A stretch of DNA of 64,000 bases, from NCBI GenBank assembly GCA_011375345.1, contig DRLM01000017.1, positions 675 through 64,674 of the forward strand, read 5' to 3'. The position numbers were made by a program, and so were the translations under genes. Source of the stretch: Gammaproteobacteria bacterium. Its GTDB lineage: Bacteria > Pseudomonadota > Gammaproteobacteria > DRLM01. Positions 32,299 through 42,411 of this stretch are shown piece after piece (the first letter of the stretch is position 1; every line of letters begins with the position of its first letter). Below the pieces are notes generated by a model. The model was not told the origin of the DNA. It ran no database searches and saw only the letters and a list, made by a program, of their open reading frames with translations.

Positions 32299-33629
32299 GA
32301 TTCTTCCTCGATGCGGGCCTCACCCGGCAGGCGGGCCAGGACGATTTTGCGCCAGTGGTCGCGCAGGGCCGGCAATTCCACGGTATCGACAATCTCGCGG
32401 CAGAACCCGTAGGTCAGCGCGGCGCGGGCATCGTCCAGTGACAGGCCGCGGGCGCGCAAATAAAACAAAGCGTCGCCGTTCAGCTGACCGACGGTGGCAC
32501 CGTGGGCGCATTTCACATCGTCGGCGTAGATTTCCAGCTCGGGCCTGGTGTCCGCTTCGGCGTGCTCGGACAAAAGCAGGTTGTGGTTGGCCTGACGCGC
32601 ATCGCTTTTTTGCGCCTGCGGATGAACAATGGTCTTGCCGTTGAACACGCCGCGGCCATGGCCGTCCAGCACACCTTTGTACAACTCATTGCTGCGGCAA
32701 TGGGGCTGCAAATGATCGACCCGGGTGTGATGATCCATGTGCTGGCGGCCGCCCGCCAGATACAAACCGTTCAAAGTACATTCGGCGCCGGGAGCATTCA
32801 GGCGCACATCCACATCGCTGCGGGCCAGCAGGCCGCCGGCGGTGAAGGTGCAGGCGTCGTAGCGGCTGTCGCGGGCCTGGTCCACATGCACGCCGGCCGT
32901 GTGAAAGGCCTTGGCGCTTTCATCTTCGAACCGGTAGTGTTTCAAGCAGGCCTTGTCCTGCAAGCGGATTTCGGTGACGGTGTTGGTCCAGCTCGCCACG
33001 GTGCTGTCGGCAGCGTATGTTTCGATCAACGTGGCTTCGCTGCGCGTGCCTGCGTCCACAACAATGCGCGGATGACTCACTTTGCCGCCGTGCTCGGGGG
33101 TGACAAGCAACAGCACATGGATGGCCATGCCGAGCACAACGCCCGGTGCCACTTGTATGACAACACCGTCGGCGTTAAAGGCATTGTTCAGCGCCACGAA
33201 AGGATGGCGCCGGGCGTCAGCGATGCATCCCAGGGTTGCTGCCACCTGGTCCGGCCGGGTCGCCAGAGCCTCGGCCAGGCCGCACACGCTCACCCCTCCG
33301 GACAGGCCGCTGAGATCAGACAGCTCGGGACGCCAGCGGCCGTTGACGAAAACCACCCGGTGGCACGGCATCTCCGCTGGCAACAGCGAGTCCAGCCGCG
33401 CCACGTCCAAAGTACCGCCGGCCTCGGGATCAAACACGAAACCGCGCCGCGCCAAGACCTGGGTGCGGGTGTACTTCCAGTCTTCATCCTGCGGTGTGGG
33501 AAAACGAAAAGCGGCCAGACCTTCTTCGCGCAGCCGCACCAGCCATGGCAGGCTTGCGCCCGGCAAGCCGGCGGCGACGCGGTGGTATTCTGCCGTGAAA
33601 TGGTCAGCGGCCTGGTCTAGGGCATTCAT
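32295..33629 (-). CDS. sufD: Fe-S cluster assembly protein SufD
   Basis: The product has the SufB/SufD-family beta-helix C-terminal region, and the gene sits between sufC and sufS. Confidence 0.85.
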   Translation of the reverse strand: MNALDQAADHFTAEYHRVAAGLPGASLPWLVRLREEGLAAFRFPTPQDEDWKYTRTQVLARRGFVFDPEAGGTLDVARLDSLLPAEMPCHRVVFVNGRWRPELSDLSGLSGGVSVCGLAEALATRPDQVAATLGCIADARRHPFVALNNAFNADGVVIQVAPGVVLGMAIHVLLLVTPEHGGKVSHPRIVVDAGTRSEATLIETYAADSTVASWTNTVTEIRLQDKACLKHYRFEDESAKAFHTAGVHVDQARDSRYDACTFTAGGLLARSDVDVRLNAPGAECTLNGLYLAGGRQHMDHHTRVDHLQPHCRSNELYKGVLDGHGRGVFNGKTIVHPQAQKSDARQANHNLLLSEHAEADTRPELEIYADDVKCAHGATVGQLNGDALFYLRARGLSLDDARAALTYGFCREIVDTVELPALRDHWRKIVLARLPGEARIEEES

Positions 33630-34378
33630 GCGGCAGCCCCGGACTCGATCCAGCCGTAACCGTTTTGCTCCAGTTCATGGGCGAGGTCGGCACCACCGGA
33701 CTTAACGATGCGGCCGCCCGCCAAAACGTGCACGTGATCGGGCTCGATGTAACTGAGCAGGCGTTGGTAGTGGGTGACCAGCACAAAGGCACGTCCGGGG
33801 CTGCGCAGGGCGTTGATGCCCTCGGAGACGATTTTCAAGGCGTCGATGTCCAGCCCCGAATCGGTCTCGTCCAGAATCGCCAGGGATGGCTCCAGCAGGG
33901 CCATTTGCAGGATCTCGTTGCGTTTTTTTTCGCCGCCGGAGAAGCCTTCGTTCACCGCGCGGTGCAAAAATTGCTCGTTCATTTCCACCAGTTTGATCTT
34001 CTCCCGCACCAGAGCAAGAAAATCCATGGCGTCCAGCTCCGCCTCCCCCCGGTGTTTGCGCACGGCGTTGACCGCGGCCTTGAGCAAATAAATGTTGCTT
34101 ACCCCGGGAATCTCCACGGGATATTGGAAGGCCAGAAAAATCCCTTCCCGCGCCCGCTCTTCCGGTGCCAGGTCCAACAGATTCGCACCTTTGTAAATGA
34201 CTTCGCCGGCGGTGATCTCATAGCCCTCACGCCCCGCCAGCACATTGGACAGTGTGCTTTTGCCAGAGCCGTTGGGTCCCATGATGGCGTGCACCTCGCC
34301 GGCGTTTACTTCCAGATTGATGCCTTTGAGTATGGGCTTGCCGTCTACCGCGGCGTGAAGATCTTTAATGCTCAACAT
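33626..34378 (-). CDS. sufC: Fe-S cluster assembly ATPase SufC
   Basis: [49 protein letters not shown]...[32 protein letters not shown] carries Walker A, signature and Walker B motifs. Confidence 0.92.
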   Translation of the reverse strand: MLSIKDLHAAVDGKPILKGINLEVNAGEVHAIMGPNGSGKSTLSNVLAGREGYEITAGEVIYKGANLLDLAPEERAREGIFLAFQYPVEIPGVSNIYLLKAAVNAVRKHRGEAELDAMDFLALVREKIKLVEMNEQFLHRAVNEGFSGGEKKRNEILQMALLEPSLAILDETDSGLDIDALKIVSEGINALRSPGRAFVLVTHYQRLLSYIEPDHVHVLAGGRIVKSGGADLAHELEQNGYGWIESGAAA

Positions 34379-34486
34379 GATATTTGCTCGTGCTAGTAAT
34401 TGATGCGGTTTGAAAGGGCGCGCGTCCTCGGCCTCCCCCTTCGGGAAAGGGGGCCCGAGGCCTGCGGCTTGCGACGCGGCTTGTTG

Positions 34487-35932
34487 TCATCCCACGCTGC
34501 CTTCCAGACTCACTCCCAAGAGGTTCTGCGCTTCCACCGCGAATTCCATGGGCAGTTCTTTGATGACTTCCTTGCAAAAGCCGTTGACGATCAGGGACAC
34601 GGCGTCTTCCGCGGACAAGCCCCGCTGCCTGCAGTAGAACAACTGGTCTGCGCTGATTTTGGAGGTGGTGGCTTCGTGCTCCACTTTCGCCGTGGGGTTT
34701 TTCACTTCCACGTAGGGAAAGGTGTGGGCGCCGCATTGGTCGCCCATGAGCAGAGAGTCGCACTGGGTGTGATTGCGTGCACCCGCCGCAGAGGGCAGGA
34801 TTTTCACCAAACCGCGATAAGCGTTCTGGCCGTGGCCGGCGGAGATACCTTTGGAGACAATGGTCGAGCGGGTGTTCCTGCCGATGTGAATCATCTTGGT
34901 GCCGGTGTCGGCCTGCTGATAATTGTTGGCCAGGGCCACCGAGTAGAATTCGCCCACGGAGCCGTCGCCTTCCAAAATGCAACTGGGGTATTTCCAGGTG
35001 ATGGCGGAGCCGGTCTCCACCTGGGTCCAGGAAATTTTGGCGCGCGCGCCTTTGCAGTGGCCGCGTTTGGTGACGAAGTTGTAAATGCCGCCGCGGCCGT
35101 TTTCGTCGCCGGGATACCAGTTTTGCACCGTGGAATATTTGATCTGCGCCCCTGCCATGGCCACCAGCTCCACCACCGCGGCATGCAACTGGTTTTCATC
35201 GCGCATGGGTGCGGTGCAGCCTTCGAGATAACTCACATAGCTGCCCTCGTCGGCCACGATCAAAGTGCGTTCAAACTGGCCCGTGCTGGCAGCGTTGATG
35301 CGAAAATAAGTGGACAACTCCATGGGACAGCGCACGCCCTTGGGGACGTACACAAACGAACCGTCGGAGAACACCGCGGAATTGAGCGCAGCGAAGAAAT
35401 TGTCACCCGGGGGCACCACTGTGCCCAGGTATTTCTCGATCAGCTCAGGGTAGTGGCGCACGGCCTCGGAGAAGGGGCAGAAAATCACGCCTTTTTCCGC
35501 CAGCTTGTCTTTGAATGTGGTTGCCACGGATACGGAGTCGAACACCGCATCCACCGCCACCCCCGCCAGGCGTTCGCGTTCGTGCAGGGGAATGCCCAGT
35601 TTCTCATAGGTTTTGAGCAACTCAGGGTCCACTTCGTCCAGGCTTTTGGGACCGTCTTTTTTGCTTTTGGGTGCGGAGTAATAGCTCAGCGCCTGATAGT
35701 CGATGGGCGGATAGTGCAGGTGGGCCCAGTGGGGTTCGCGCATTTCCAGCCAGTGGTGATAAGCCTTCAGCCGCCACTGCAGCAAAAATTCCGGTTCATT
35801 TTTCTTGGCCGAGAGGGCGCGGATCACGTCTTCATCGAGGCCGGGGGGGAAGGTGTCGGACTCGATGTCGGTGACAAAACCGGCGTCATATTCACGCCCC
35901 ACCAGGGCGTCGATGGGTTGGTTTTTGGTCAT
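34487..35932 (-). CDS. sufB: Fe-S cluster assembly protein SufB
   Basis: 481-aa product with a typical SufB sequence (…[35 protein letters not shown]…). Confidence 0.92.
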   Translation of the reverse strand: MTKNQPIDALVGREYDAGFVTDIESDTFPPGLDEDVIRALSAKKNEPEFLLQWRLKAYHHWLEMREPHWAHLHYPPIDYQALSYYSAPKSKKDGPKSLDEVDPELLKTYEKLGIPLHERERLAGVAVDAVFDSVSVATTFKDKLAEKGVIFCPFSEAVRHYPELIEKYLGTVVPPGDNFFAALNSAVFSDGSFVYVPKGVRCPMELSTYFRINAASTGQFERTLIVADEGSYVSYLEGCTAPMRDENQLHAAVVELVAMAGAQIKYSTVQNWYPGDENGRGGIYNFVTKRGHCKGARAKISWTQVETGSAITWKYPSCILEGDGSVGEFYSVALANNYQQADTGTKMIHIGRNTRSTIVSKGISAGHGQNAYRGLVKILPSAAGARNHTQCDSLLMGDQCGAHTFPYVEVKNPTAKVEHEATTSKISADQLFYCRQRGLSAEDAVSLIVNGFCKEVIKELPMEFAVEAQNLLGVSLEGSVG

Positions 35933-35964
35933 GGGTTAACCTGTACGTCGCGTGGAATCAAGGT

Positions 35965-36411
35965 TCAAACCGGGCTTCCGCCTGGGCGCATGAAACGCAG
36001 CGGTTGCACCCCGGGCTCCGCCAGTTCGGCCAGCGTCACCCCTTCCAATGCCGCGCTGACGGCACGGTTGATGCGCTGCCAGTTGCCGCGCACGGAACAG
36101 CCACGCTCCTGGTCGCACAGGCCGTCACTGTCGCTGCATTCGGTAAGGGCGATGGGGCCTTCGATGGCGGCGATGATGGCGGCCACGGAAATCTCCGCCG
36201 GGGGCCGCGCCAGGGTGTAGCCGCCCTTGGCGCCGCGGTGCGACACCAACAGACCGTGTTGCAACAGGGCTTTTAGGATCTTGCTCACCGTGGGCAGGGC
36301 CAGCCCCAGCTCGGTGGCAATCTCGGCGGCGCTTTGCAGGCGCGCAGGATCGCACGCGAGATGCGTCATCACCACCGTGGCGTAATCTGTCAATTTACCT
36401 ACGCGCAACAT
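35965..36411 (-). CDS. Rrf2-family transcriptional regulator (IscR/SufR-type), first gene of the suf operon
   Basis: MLRVGKLTDYATVVMTHLA...EIATELGLALPTVSKILKALLQHGLLVSHRGAKGGYTLAR is an Rrf2 wHTH. ECSDSDGLCDQERGCS provides the Cys ligands. Confidence 0.85.
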   Translation of the reverse strand: MLRVGKLTDYATVVMTHLACDPARLQSAAEIATELGLALPTVSKILKALLQHGLLVSHRGAKGGYTLARPPAEISVAAIIAAIEGPIALTECSDSDGLCDQERGCSVRGNWQRINRAVSAALEGVTLAELAEPGVQPLRFMRPGGSPV

Positions 36412-36543
36412 TTACTTAAGAGCCCTATGGCATATTTCGGACTATTTTGGTACTAATTGGTTTCGGCGTCAACGGCGGATATGTTAGGGGAATTGCCGCC
36501 CGGCGCTTGCCGTTCCCCGCGACAGGGGTTAGCGTATCCGTTC

Positions 36544-37374
36544 ATGAACGCCGCCAAGCCACTGCCCCTGCGGGGGCGCACCATTGCGCTGCCGGAAAAG
36601 CGCGAGCTGGATTTGTTCGCCCGCATGCTGGAGGAGCGGGGGGCCACCACGCTGCGCTGCCCTTTGATCAGCATTCACGACGCCCCCGACGCTGCGCCCG
36701 TCAATGCCTGGCTGGAGCGCTTCAATGCCGGCGGAATGGACGATTTGATTCTGCTCACCGGTGAGGGGCTGCGGCGCCTGCTGGGCTTTGCGGAACGCTT
36801 GGGCGCGAAGGAGGCATTTGTTGAGCGCCTGGCCCGGGTGCGCACCATCACCCGCGGTCCCAAGCCTGCGCGCGAGTTGCGCAAACTGGGCCTGAAGCCT
36901 GCTCTCAGCGCCACCGCCCCCACCACTGCCGGGGTGATCGAGGCGCTGCGGCAGGACGATCTCCGCAGCCGCCGGATCGGTGTGCAGTGCTACGGCAGCG
37001 ATCCGAACCCGGCGCTGATGACGTTTTTGTCGGAGGCGGGTGCCCAGTGTGACCCGGTGGCGCCTTATGTCTATGCGTCCGAGGCGGAAGACCGGCAGGT
37101 CATCCACCTCATCGAAGCCCTGGGTGCCGGAAACATCGACGTCATCGCCTTTACCAGCGGCCCCCAGGTCAAGCGGGTATGGCAGCTGGCGCAAGAGGCG
37201 GGTTTGCAGGACGCACTGGCCAGCGGCATGGCCAGAACCCGGGTGGCGGCGGTGGGGCCGGTGGTGGCCCGGGCGCTTGAGAGCAGGGGCGTGACGGTTG
37301 CGATGATGCCACAGTCCAGCTTCTTCATGAAACCGCTGGTCAAGGCCATCGTGGCGGCACTTGCGCGGGACTGA
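36544..37374 (+). CDS. Uroporphyrinogen-III synthase (HemD) family protein
   Basis: ATG 36544. PLRGRTIALPEKRELDLFARMLEERGATTLRCPLISI...LILLTGEGLRRLL...AFTSGPQVKRVWQL shows the repeated HemD-fold pattern. Low sequence conservation in this family limits confidence. Confidence 0.55.
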   Translation: MNAAKPLPLRGRTIALPEKRELDLFARMLEERGATTLRCPLISIHDAPDAAPVNAWLERFNAGGMDDLILLTGEGLRRLLGFAERLGAKEAFVERLARVRTITRGPKPARELRKLGLKPALSATAPTTAGVIEALRQDDLRSRRIGVQCYGSDPNPALMTFLSEAGAQCDPVAPYVYASEAEDRQVIHLIEALGAGNIDVIAFTSGPQVKRVWQLAQEAGLQDALASGMARTRVAAVGPVVARALESRGVTVAMMPQSSFFMKPLVKAIVAALARD

Positions 37375-37547
37375 ACCTGCACGGCCTTTTTTTGAGGATG
37401 CCTGTCTCACAGCAAGCCCTCATTTGCTGTAATATCGCCTCTTTGCTTTCGACATTAAGGTGGACATGGGGCAGCCAGGCGCCAGCTTCAAAGACGTGGG
37501 GCCCGGTGTGATGACTGCCCGACCGCAACGCTGACCGAACGGCCTCT

Positions 37548-38396
37548 ATGGGCAGAGTGAAAATCCTTTTGATCGCAGCCGTGCTGCTGTCGGTGGGGGC
37601 GTGCACGTCCCTGTCGGAACGCCTGGCCCACAATCTGGGGGCGGCCATTCTCAATGAAGACGACCCCGAAACCGTGCGCAGCGGCGCCCCCGCTTTTTTG
37701 CTGCTGCTGGACTCCCTGGTGATGGACGCGCCCGATGACGTGGCCCTGCTGCGCGCCGGGGCCGACCTGAACGGCGCCTACGCCACCGCCTTTGCCGAAG
37801 ATTCCGAGCGGGCGGCGCGCCTGACGGAAAAAGCGCGGGACTACGGCCGCCGCGCCCTGTGCGAAGATTATCCCGAGGTGTGCGCAAAGGAACACGGCGC
37901 TTTCGAGGACTACGTCCCCACCCTGGCCCGGATCGACGAAGACGATGTGGCCACTCTGTATACTTACGGCGCCGCCTGGGCGGCCTGGGTGGACACCCAC
38001 AGTGATGATTGGAACGCGGTGGCCGACCTGGCGAAAATCGAGGCGGTCATGGAGCGGGTCATCGAACTGGACGAGGACTTCGAATGGGGCCGGGCGCATC
38101 TTTATCTTGCCGTGATCAACAGCCAGCTCCCCCCCAGCCTGGGCGGCCGGCCGGACAAGGCCCGCGCCCACTTCCGCCTGGCCATTTCGATTTCCCAGGG
38201 CAAAGATCTGATTGCCAAAGTGGAATACGCCCGCCGCTATGCCCGCCTGATGTTCGATCAGGCCCTGCACGACCGGCTGCTGCAAGAAGTACTCGCCGCC
38301 GATCCCCACAGCCCCGACCTGGTACTCAGCAACGTGTTGGCGCAGCGCGCAGCCCGGTCGCTGCTGGCAGGTTCGGCGGACTATTTCGAGGACTAA
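37548..38396 (+). CDS. TRAP-transporter TatT-component family lipoprotein (helical/TPR-like)
   Basis: Lipoprotein signal MGRVKILLIAAVLLSVGAC. All-helical product. Lies immediately upstream of dctP/Q/M-like genes, as in TatT-type TRAP (TPAT) systems. Confidence 0.65.
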   Translation: MGRVKILLIAAVLLSVGACTSLSERLAHNLGAAILNEDDPETVRSGAPAFLLLLDSLVMDAPDDVALLRAGADLNGAYATAFAEDSERAARLTEKARDYGRRALCEDYPEVCAKEHGAFEDYVPTLARIDEDDVATLYTYGAAWAAWVDTHSDDWNAVADLAKIEAVMERVIELDEDFEWGRAHLYLAVINSQLPPSLGGRPDKARAHFRLAISISQGKDLIAKVEYARRYARLMFDQALHDRLLQEVLAADPHSPDLVLSNVLAQRAARSLLAGSADYFED

Positions 38397-38418
38397 CCCG
38401 CAAAGGACAAAAACAACC

Positions 38419-39414
38419 ATGAGAACGTTCGCTGTTGCCTTGTGCTGTCTGCTGCTGCCCCTGGGCGCCGTGCAGGCCAAAACCTTCAAAATCGCCACCA
38501 TTGTCCCGGACGGCACCCGCTGGATGAAGGAAATGAAGGCTGGGGCGGAGGACATCAAAATGCGCACCCATGGCCGGGTCAGGTTTCGCTTCTATCCCGG
38601 CGGCGTCATGGGCAACGACAAGGCCGTGGTGCGCAAAATGCGGGTGGGTCAGCTTAGCGGCGGGGCCCTCACCGGCGGCGGGCTGGCGCTGATTTATCCC
38701 GACGCCCAGGTGTACAGCCTGCCCATGGCTTTCACCTCGCACGAGGAAGTGGACTATGTGCGCGGCAAAATGGATGCCCGGCTCATCGATGCCCTGTATC
38801 AGGCCGGCTATGTCAGTTTCGGCTTCAGCGACGGCGGTTTCGCCTACCTCATGTCCAACGCGCCGCTGACCACCATCGCCGATCTGGCCGGCCACAAGGT
38901 GTGGGTACCTGAGGGTGATGTGTTCAGCCAGGCCGCCTTCGAGGCGGTTCACGTCTCACCCATCCCCCTGCCCCTGGCCGATGTGCTTACCGGCCTGCAG
39001 ACCGGCCTGATCGACACCGTGGCGTCCTCCCCCATTGGCGCCCTTGCGCTGCAATGGCACACCAAGGTGAAGTACGCCACGGACATGCCCCTGATGTATC
39101 TGATTGGCACCATCGTGCTCAAGCGCAGGGATTTCGACCGCCTCAGCCCGGCCGACCAAATGGTGGTGCGGGAGGTGATGAGCAAGGTGTTCAGACGCCT
39201 GGACCGTCTCAACCGGGAGGACAACGGCCGGGCCCTGGCGGCCCTGAAAGCGCAGGGCATCACCTTCGTGGAGCCCACGCCGCAAGCCCGGCAGGCCTGG
39301 CGAGAGGCCGTCGGCGCTGCGGTGGACAAGCTGGTGCGTCAGGGCACGATCAGCAGACGTATCACTGACACCTTTTACAGCTATCTGAACGCTTACCGCC
39401 ATGGCCAGCGTTAG
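38419..39414 (+). CDS. TRAP transporter substrate-binding protein (DctP family)
   Basis: Signal peptide MRTFAVALCCLLLPLGAVQA. KTFKIATIVPDGTRWMKEM... and its length fit a DctP-type SBP. Confidence 0.85.
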   Translation: MRTFAVALCCLLLPLGAVQAKTFKIATIVPDGTRWMKEMKAGAEDIKMRTHGRVRFRFYPGGVMGNDKAVVRKMRVGQLSGGALTGGGLALIYPDAQVYSLPMAFTSHEEVDYVRGKMDARLIDALYQAGYVSFGFSDGGFAYLMSNAPLTTIADLAGHKVWVPEGDVFSQAAFEAVHVSPIPLPLADVLTGLQTGLIDTVASSPIGALALQWHTKVKYATDMPLMYLIGTIVLKRRDFDRLSPADQMVVREVMSKVFRRLDRLNREDNGRALAALKAQGITFVEPTPQARQAWREAVGAAVDKLVRQGTISRRITDTFYSYLNAYRHGQR

Positions 39415-39958
39415 GCAGCGCCGCCTGAGCCGCCTCACCCGCCTCAGCACCTGGCTGGAAAACGCGCTGATCACACTGCTGCTGATCGCCGTCATTGTGG
39501 TCGCCACCGGGCAAATCGTGATGCGAAACGCCTGGGATGCGGGCACGGCCTGGAGCGAACCCTTCCTGCGCGTCACCGTGTTGTGGTTGGGAATGATCGG
39601 CGCCCTGGCGGCCACCCGCGGCGGAAACCACATCCGTATCGACGTTTTGTCCCGCTTCCTGCCGGATGGCGGCAAACGCGCCGCCGTCTTGATCACCAAC
39701 TTGTTCAGCGCCCTGGTCTGCGGCCTGATCGCCTGGCACGCGGCCCGCTTCGTGTTCATGGAAAAGGCCGACGGCGTTATCGCCTTTGCCGGCGTGCCCG
39801 CCTGGGTGTGCGAAGCCATCATTCCCATCGGCTTCGCCCTCATGGGGGTGCGCTACGCGGGGTTTTTCCTGTTGGGTGTGTGCTGCCCTGTCCACTGCCA
39901 GAACGTGGAAGCGGCGGACCGCGAGGCCGGTCAGGGTGGTGACGGTCAGCGCCGGTGA
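39401..39958 (+). CDS. TRAP transporter small permease (DctQ family)
   Basis: Four predicted TM helices. NALITLLLIAVIVVATGQIVMRN is a typical DctQ N-terminus. Overlaps the neighbouring genes. Confidence 0.8.
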   Translation: MASVRQRRLSRLTRLSTWLENALITLLLIAVIVVATGQIVMRNAWDAGTAWSEPFLRVTVLWLGMIGALAATRGGNHIRIDVLSRFLPDGGKRAAVLITNLFSALVCGLIAWHAARFVFMEKADGVIAFAGVPAWVCEAIIPIGFALMGVRYAGFFLLGVCCPVHCQNVEAADREAGQGGDGQRR

Positions 39959-41241
39959 ACACTGACATGCTGATCGCTTCGCTCGCCCTGCTGGTGGCGG
40001 CCCTGTTGGGCGCGCCCTTGTTTGCCGTGATCGGCGCCAGTGCCCTGCTGGGTTTTTATTCCGCCGGTATCGACCTTTCCGTGGTCGCCATCGAAATCTA
40101 CCGCCTGGCGGAGATGCCGGTGTTGCTGGCCATTCCCTTGTTCACCTTCGCCGGCTATGTGCTGAGCGAAAGCGGTGCGCCGCACCGCCTGGTGCGGCTC
40201 ACCCAGGCTCTGCTCGGCTGGCTGCCGGGAGGGCTGGCCATGGTGGCCCTGGTGGCCTGCGCCTTGTTCACCGCCTTTACCGGCGCTTCCGGCGTCACCA
40301 TCGTCGCCTTGGGCGCGCTGCTCTTTCCCGCCTTGATGCAGACCGGCTACCGCGAACGCTTCAGCCTGGGTTTGATCACCACCTCGGGCAGCCTGGGTGT
40401 GCTGTTCGCACCGTCCCTGCCCTTGATTCTCTACGGGGTGGTGGCGCAGCAACTGGGCACCGGCGAGCCTTTCACCATCGACGATTTGTTTCTCGCGGGC
40501 CTGTTGCCGGGCATCTTGATGATTGCCCTGCTCAGCGCCTGGAGCTACTGGCAGGGCCGGCGCCTGCCCCTGCCGGACCGGTCCCTGCTGGAAGCCAAAG
40601 AAGCCGTCATCGAGGCGCGCTGGGAACTGCCTCTCCCGTTCATTGTGCTCGGCGGCATCTACAGCGGTTATTTCGCCGTCTCGGAAGCGGCGGCCGTGAC
40701 CGCCCTTTACGTGCTGGTGGTGGAATTCCTGGTCTACCGGGACATTCCGCTGAAGCGCCTGCCCCACATCATTCGCCAGTCCATGATCCTGGTGGGTGCC
40801 GTGTTGGTGATACTGGGCGTGTCCCTGGCTTCCACCAATTACCTCATCGACGCCGAGGTGCCCACCCGCCTGTTTGAAACCATCAAGGCACACATCAGCA
40901 GTCCTTTGACCTTTCTGCTGCTGCTGAATGTGTTTCTGCTGGTACTGGGGATGATGCTGGATATATTTTCGGCCCTGATGATCATGGTGCCATTGCTGTT
41001 GCCTGTCGCTGTGGGCTACGGCATCGACCCGGTGCATCTCGGCGTCATCTTTCTGGCCAATATGCAGATCGGCTACTTCACCCCCCCCGTGGGCATGAAC
41101 TTGTTTATCGCGAGCTACCGCTTTGAAAAATCCATCCTCACCCTGTACCGCGCCACCCTGCCTTTTTTTGTCATTCTGTTGCTGGCCGTACTCATCATCA
41201 CCTACTGGCCGGCCTTGAGCCTGACGCTGCCGGGGCGGTGA
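39955..41241 (+). CDS. TRAP transporter large permease (DctM family)
   Basis: 428-aa polytopic membrane protein with DctM-like sequence throughout. Confidence 0.9.
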   Translation: MNTDMLIASLALLVAALLGAPLFAVIGASALLGFYSAGIDLSVVAIEIYRLAEMPVLLAIPLFTFAGYVLSESGAPHRLVRLTQALLGWLPGGLAMVALVACALFTAFTGASGVTIVALGALLFPALMQTGYRERFSLGLITTSGSLGVLFAPSLPLILYGVVAQQLGTGEPFTIDDLFLAGLLPGILMIALLSAWSYWQGRRLPLPDRSLLEAKEAVIEARWELPLPFIVLGGIYSGYFAVSEAAAVTALYVLVVEFLVYRDIPLKRLPHIIRQSMILVGAVLVILGVSLASTNYLIDAEVPTRLFETIKAHISSPLTFLLLLNVFLLVLGMMLDIFSALMIMVPLLLPVAVGYGIDPVHLGVIFLANMQIGYFTPPVGMNLFIASYRFEKSILTLYRATLPFFVILLLAVLIITYWPALSLTLPGR

Positions 41242-41290
41242 CACCCGGCCTAAGGACTCGGTCCGGCGTACGTTTGAGGGGGGGGGGAGC

Positions 41291-42148
41291 TCAGTGGTCA
41301 AGCAGGCGGCGCAGCGACGGCAGATTGTCCCGCACGACGCGCGCGCCCCTGGCCACGCACAGCCGCTTGTGGCGAAAATCCAGCGCATCGATAAGGCAGG
41401 GAAAATTGGGAACGAGTACGAAGTCGGCCTCTTTGAGGTGGACCTGGGCCTGCGCCGAAAGGCTGATATCTTCAGCCCGCCGCATGGCCTCAAAGCCGTT
41501 GTGCACACTGTGAGGCAGGTGCACCTGACTGGGGTAGATCACCATCACCCGCTCGGTCCCGAAGGAGCGTGCCACATCCACGGGAATGGCGCCGGCGTAA
41601 CTGCCGTCCGCCAGCAGGTGCTGGCCGCAGACAAAGGGGGGCAGCACGCCCGCCAGCGCCGCGCTGGCATAGACCAGATCGGCGGCCCGCCCATGCTCCA
41701 GCACCATCCGCCGGCCGGAGATGAGATCAGTGGCCACCGCCACCACGGGGATGCGGCCGTCCTCCAGATTCTTGTCCTGCGTCAGCGCTGTGAGCAGGCG
41801 CCGCCCCTGCTCCAGGCTGGCACTCCCCACGCCCCAGCCGAGCAGCATTTCGGCAAAAGCGCGTTCCGAGGCCAGCAGGTTGCGGATTCGCCCGCGCAGG
41901 GTGCGGTGGGAGCGGGCCACCGGCTTGGGAAAACCGCTGGTGTTCAGATTGGCCAGCGCGCCGTACCAGCCCTCGTTCAGACTGTAGGTGGCCCCCACAA
42001 TGGCCCCCATGGAAACCCCCACAATGGCCTGGGGCCGCCAGCCATAGTGCTCCAGCGCCCGCAGCGCCCCCGCATGGGCCAGGCCCCGGACCCCACCACC
42101 GGCCAGGACCAGGGCAAAACTCCGGTGACGCGCCGCCCCGCCCCTCAT
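41291..42148 (-). CDS. Patatin-like phospholipase
   Basis: ALVLAGGGVRGLAHAGAL (oxyanion GGGxRG), GVSMGAIVGA (GxSxG nucleophile) and LADGSYAGAIP (catalytic Asp region). Start chosen at ATG 42148. The ORF-track start 42295 adds a low-complexity N-terminus. Confidence 0.75.
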   Translation of the reverse strand: MRGGAARHRSFALVLAGGGVRGLAHAGALRALEHYGWRPQAIVGVSMGAIVGATYSLNEGWYGALANLNTSGFPKPVARSHRTLRGRIRNLLASERAFAEMLLGWGVGSASLEQGRRLLTALTQDKNLEDGRIPVVAVATDLISGRRMVLEHGRAADLVYASAALAGVLPPFVCGQHLLADGSYAGAIPVDVARSFGTERVMVIYPSQVHLPHSVHNGFEAMRRAEDISLSAQAQVHLKEADFVLVPNFPCLIDALDFRHKRLCVARGARVVRDNLPSLRRLLDH

Positions 42149-42411
42149 GAGAAGATCCCGGTCCGGTGCCCGCCGGCGTCCAAAGAAACAGCTTTTTTCA
42201 TTTTGCGGAAAGACAGGGGCGGGGCGCGCATTTCCAAAACACCGGTGACTTGACACCAGGGCCATGATAGCAAAACAGCTCACAGCCCCTCGCAAGAGGC
42301 GGCAATGTCCGTCGGCGCCCGGCCGCTTTGCATTTCCGTTCCGCCCCGTTTAAGCTCCCGGACCCGGTTTCGGCACCGGCCGGCTGGCTGTTTCCCACAC
42401 TTTGGTTGCCC

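Noticed and set aside
36380-36411. TTGACA hexamer at ~36386 on the minus strand as a promoter -35 box for the suf operon
   Set aside because: It lies inside the Rrf2 regulator coding sequence (codons for K-L-T-D), so it is coding rather than a promoter element for that gene.
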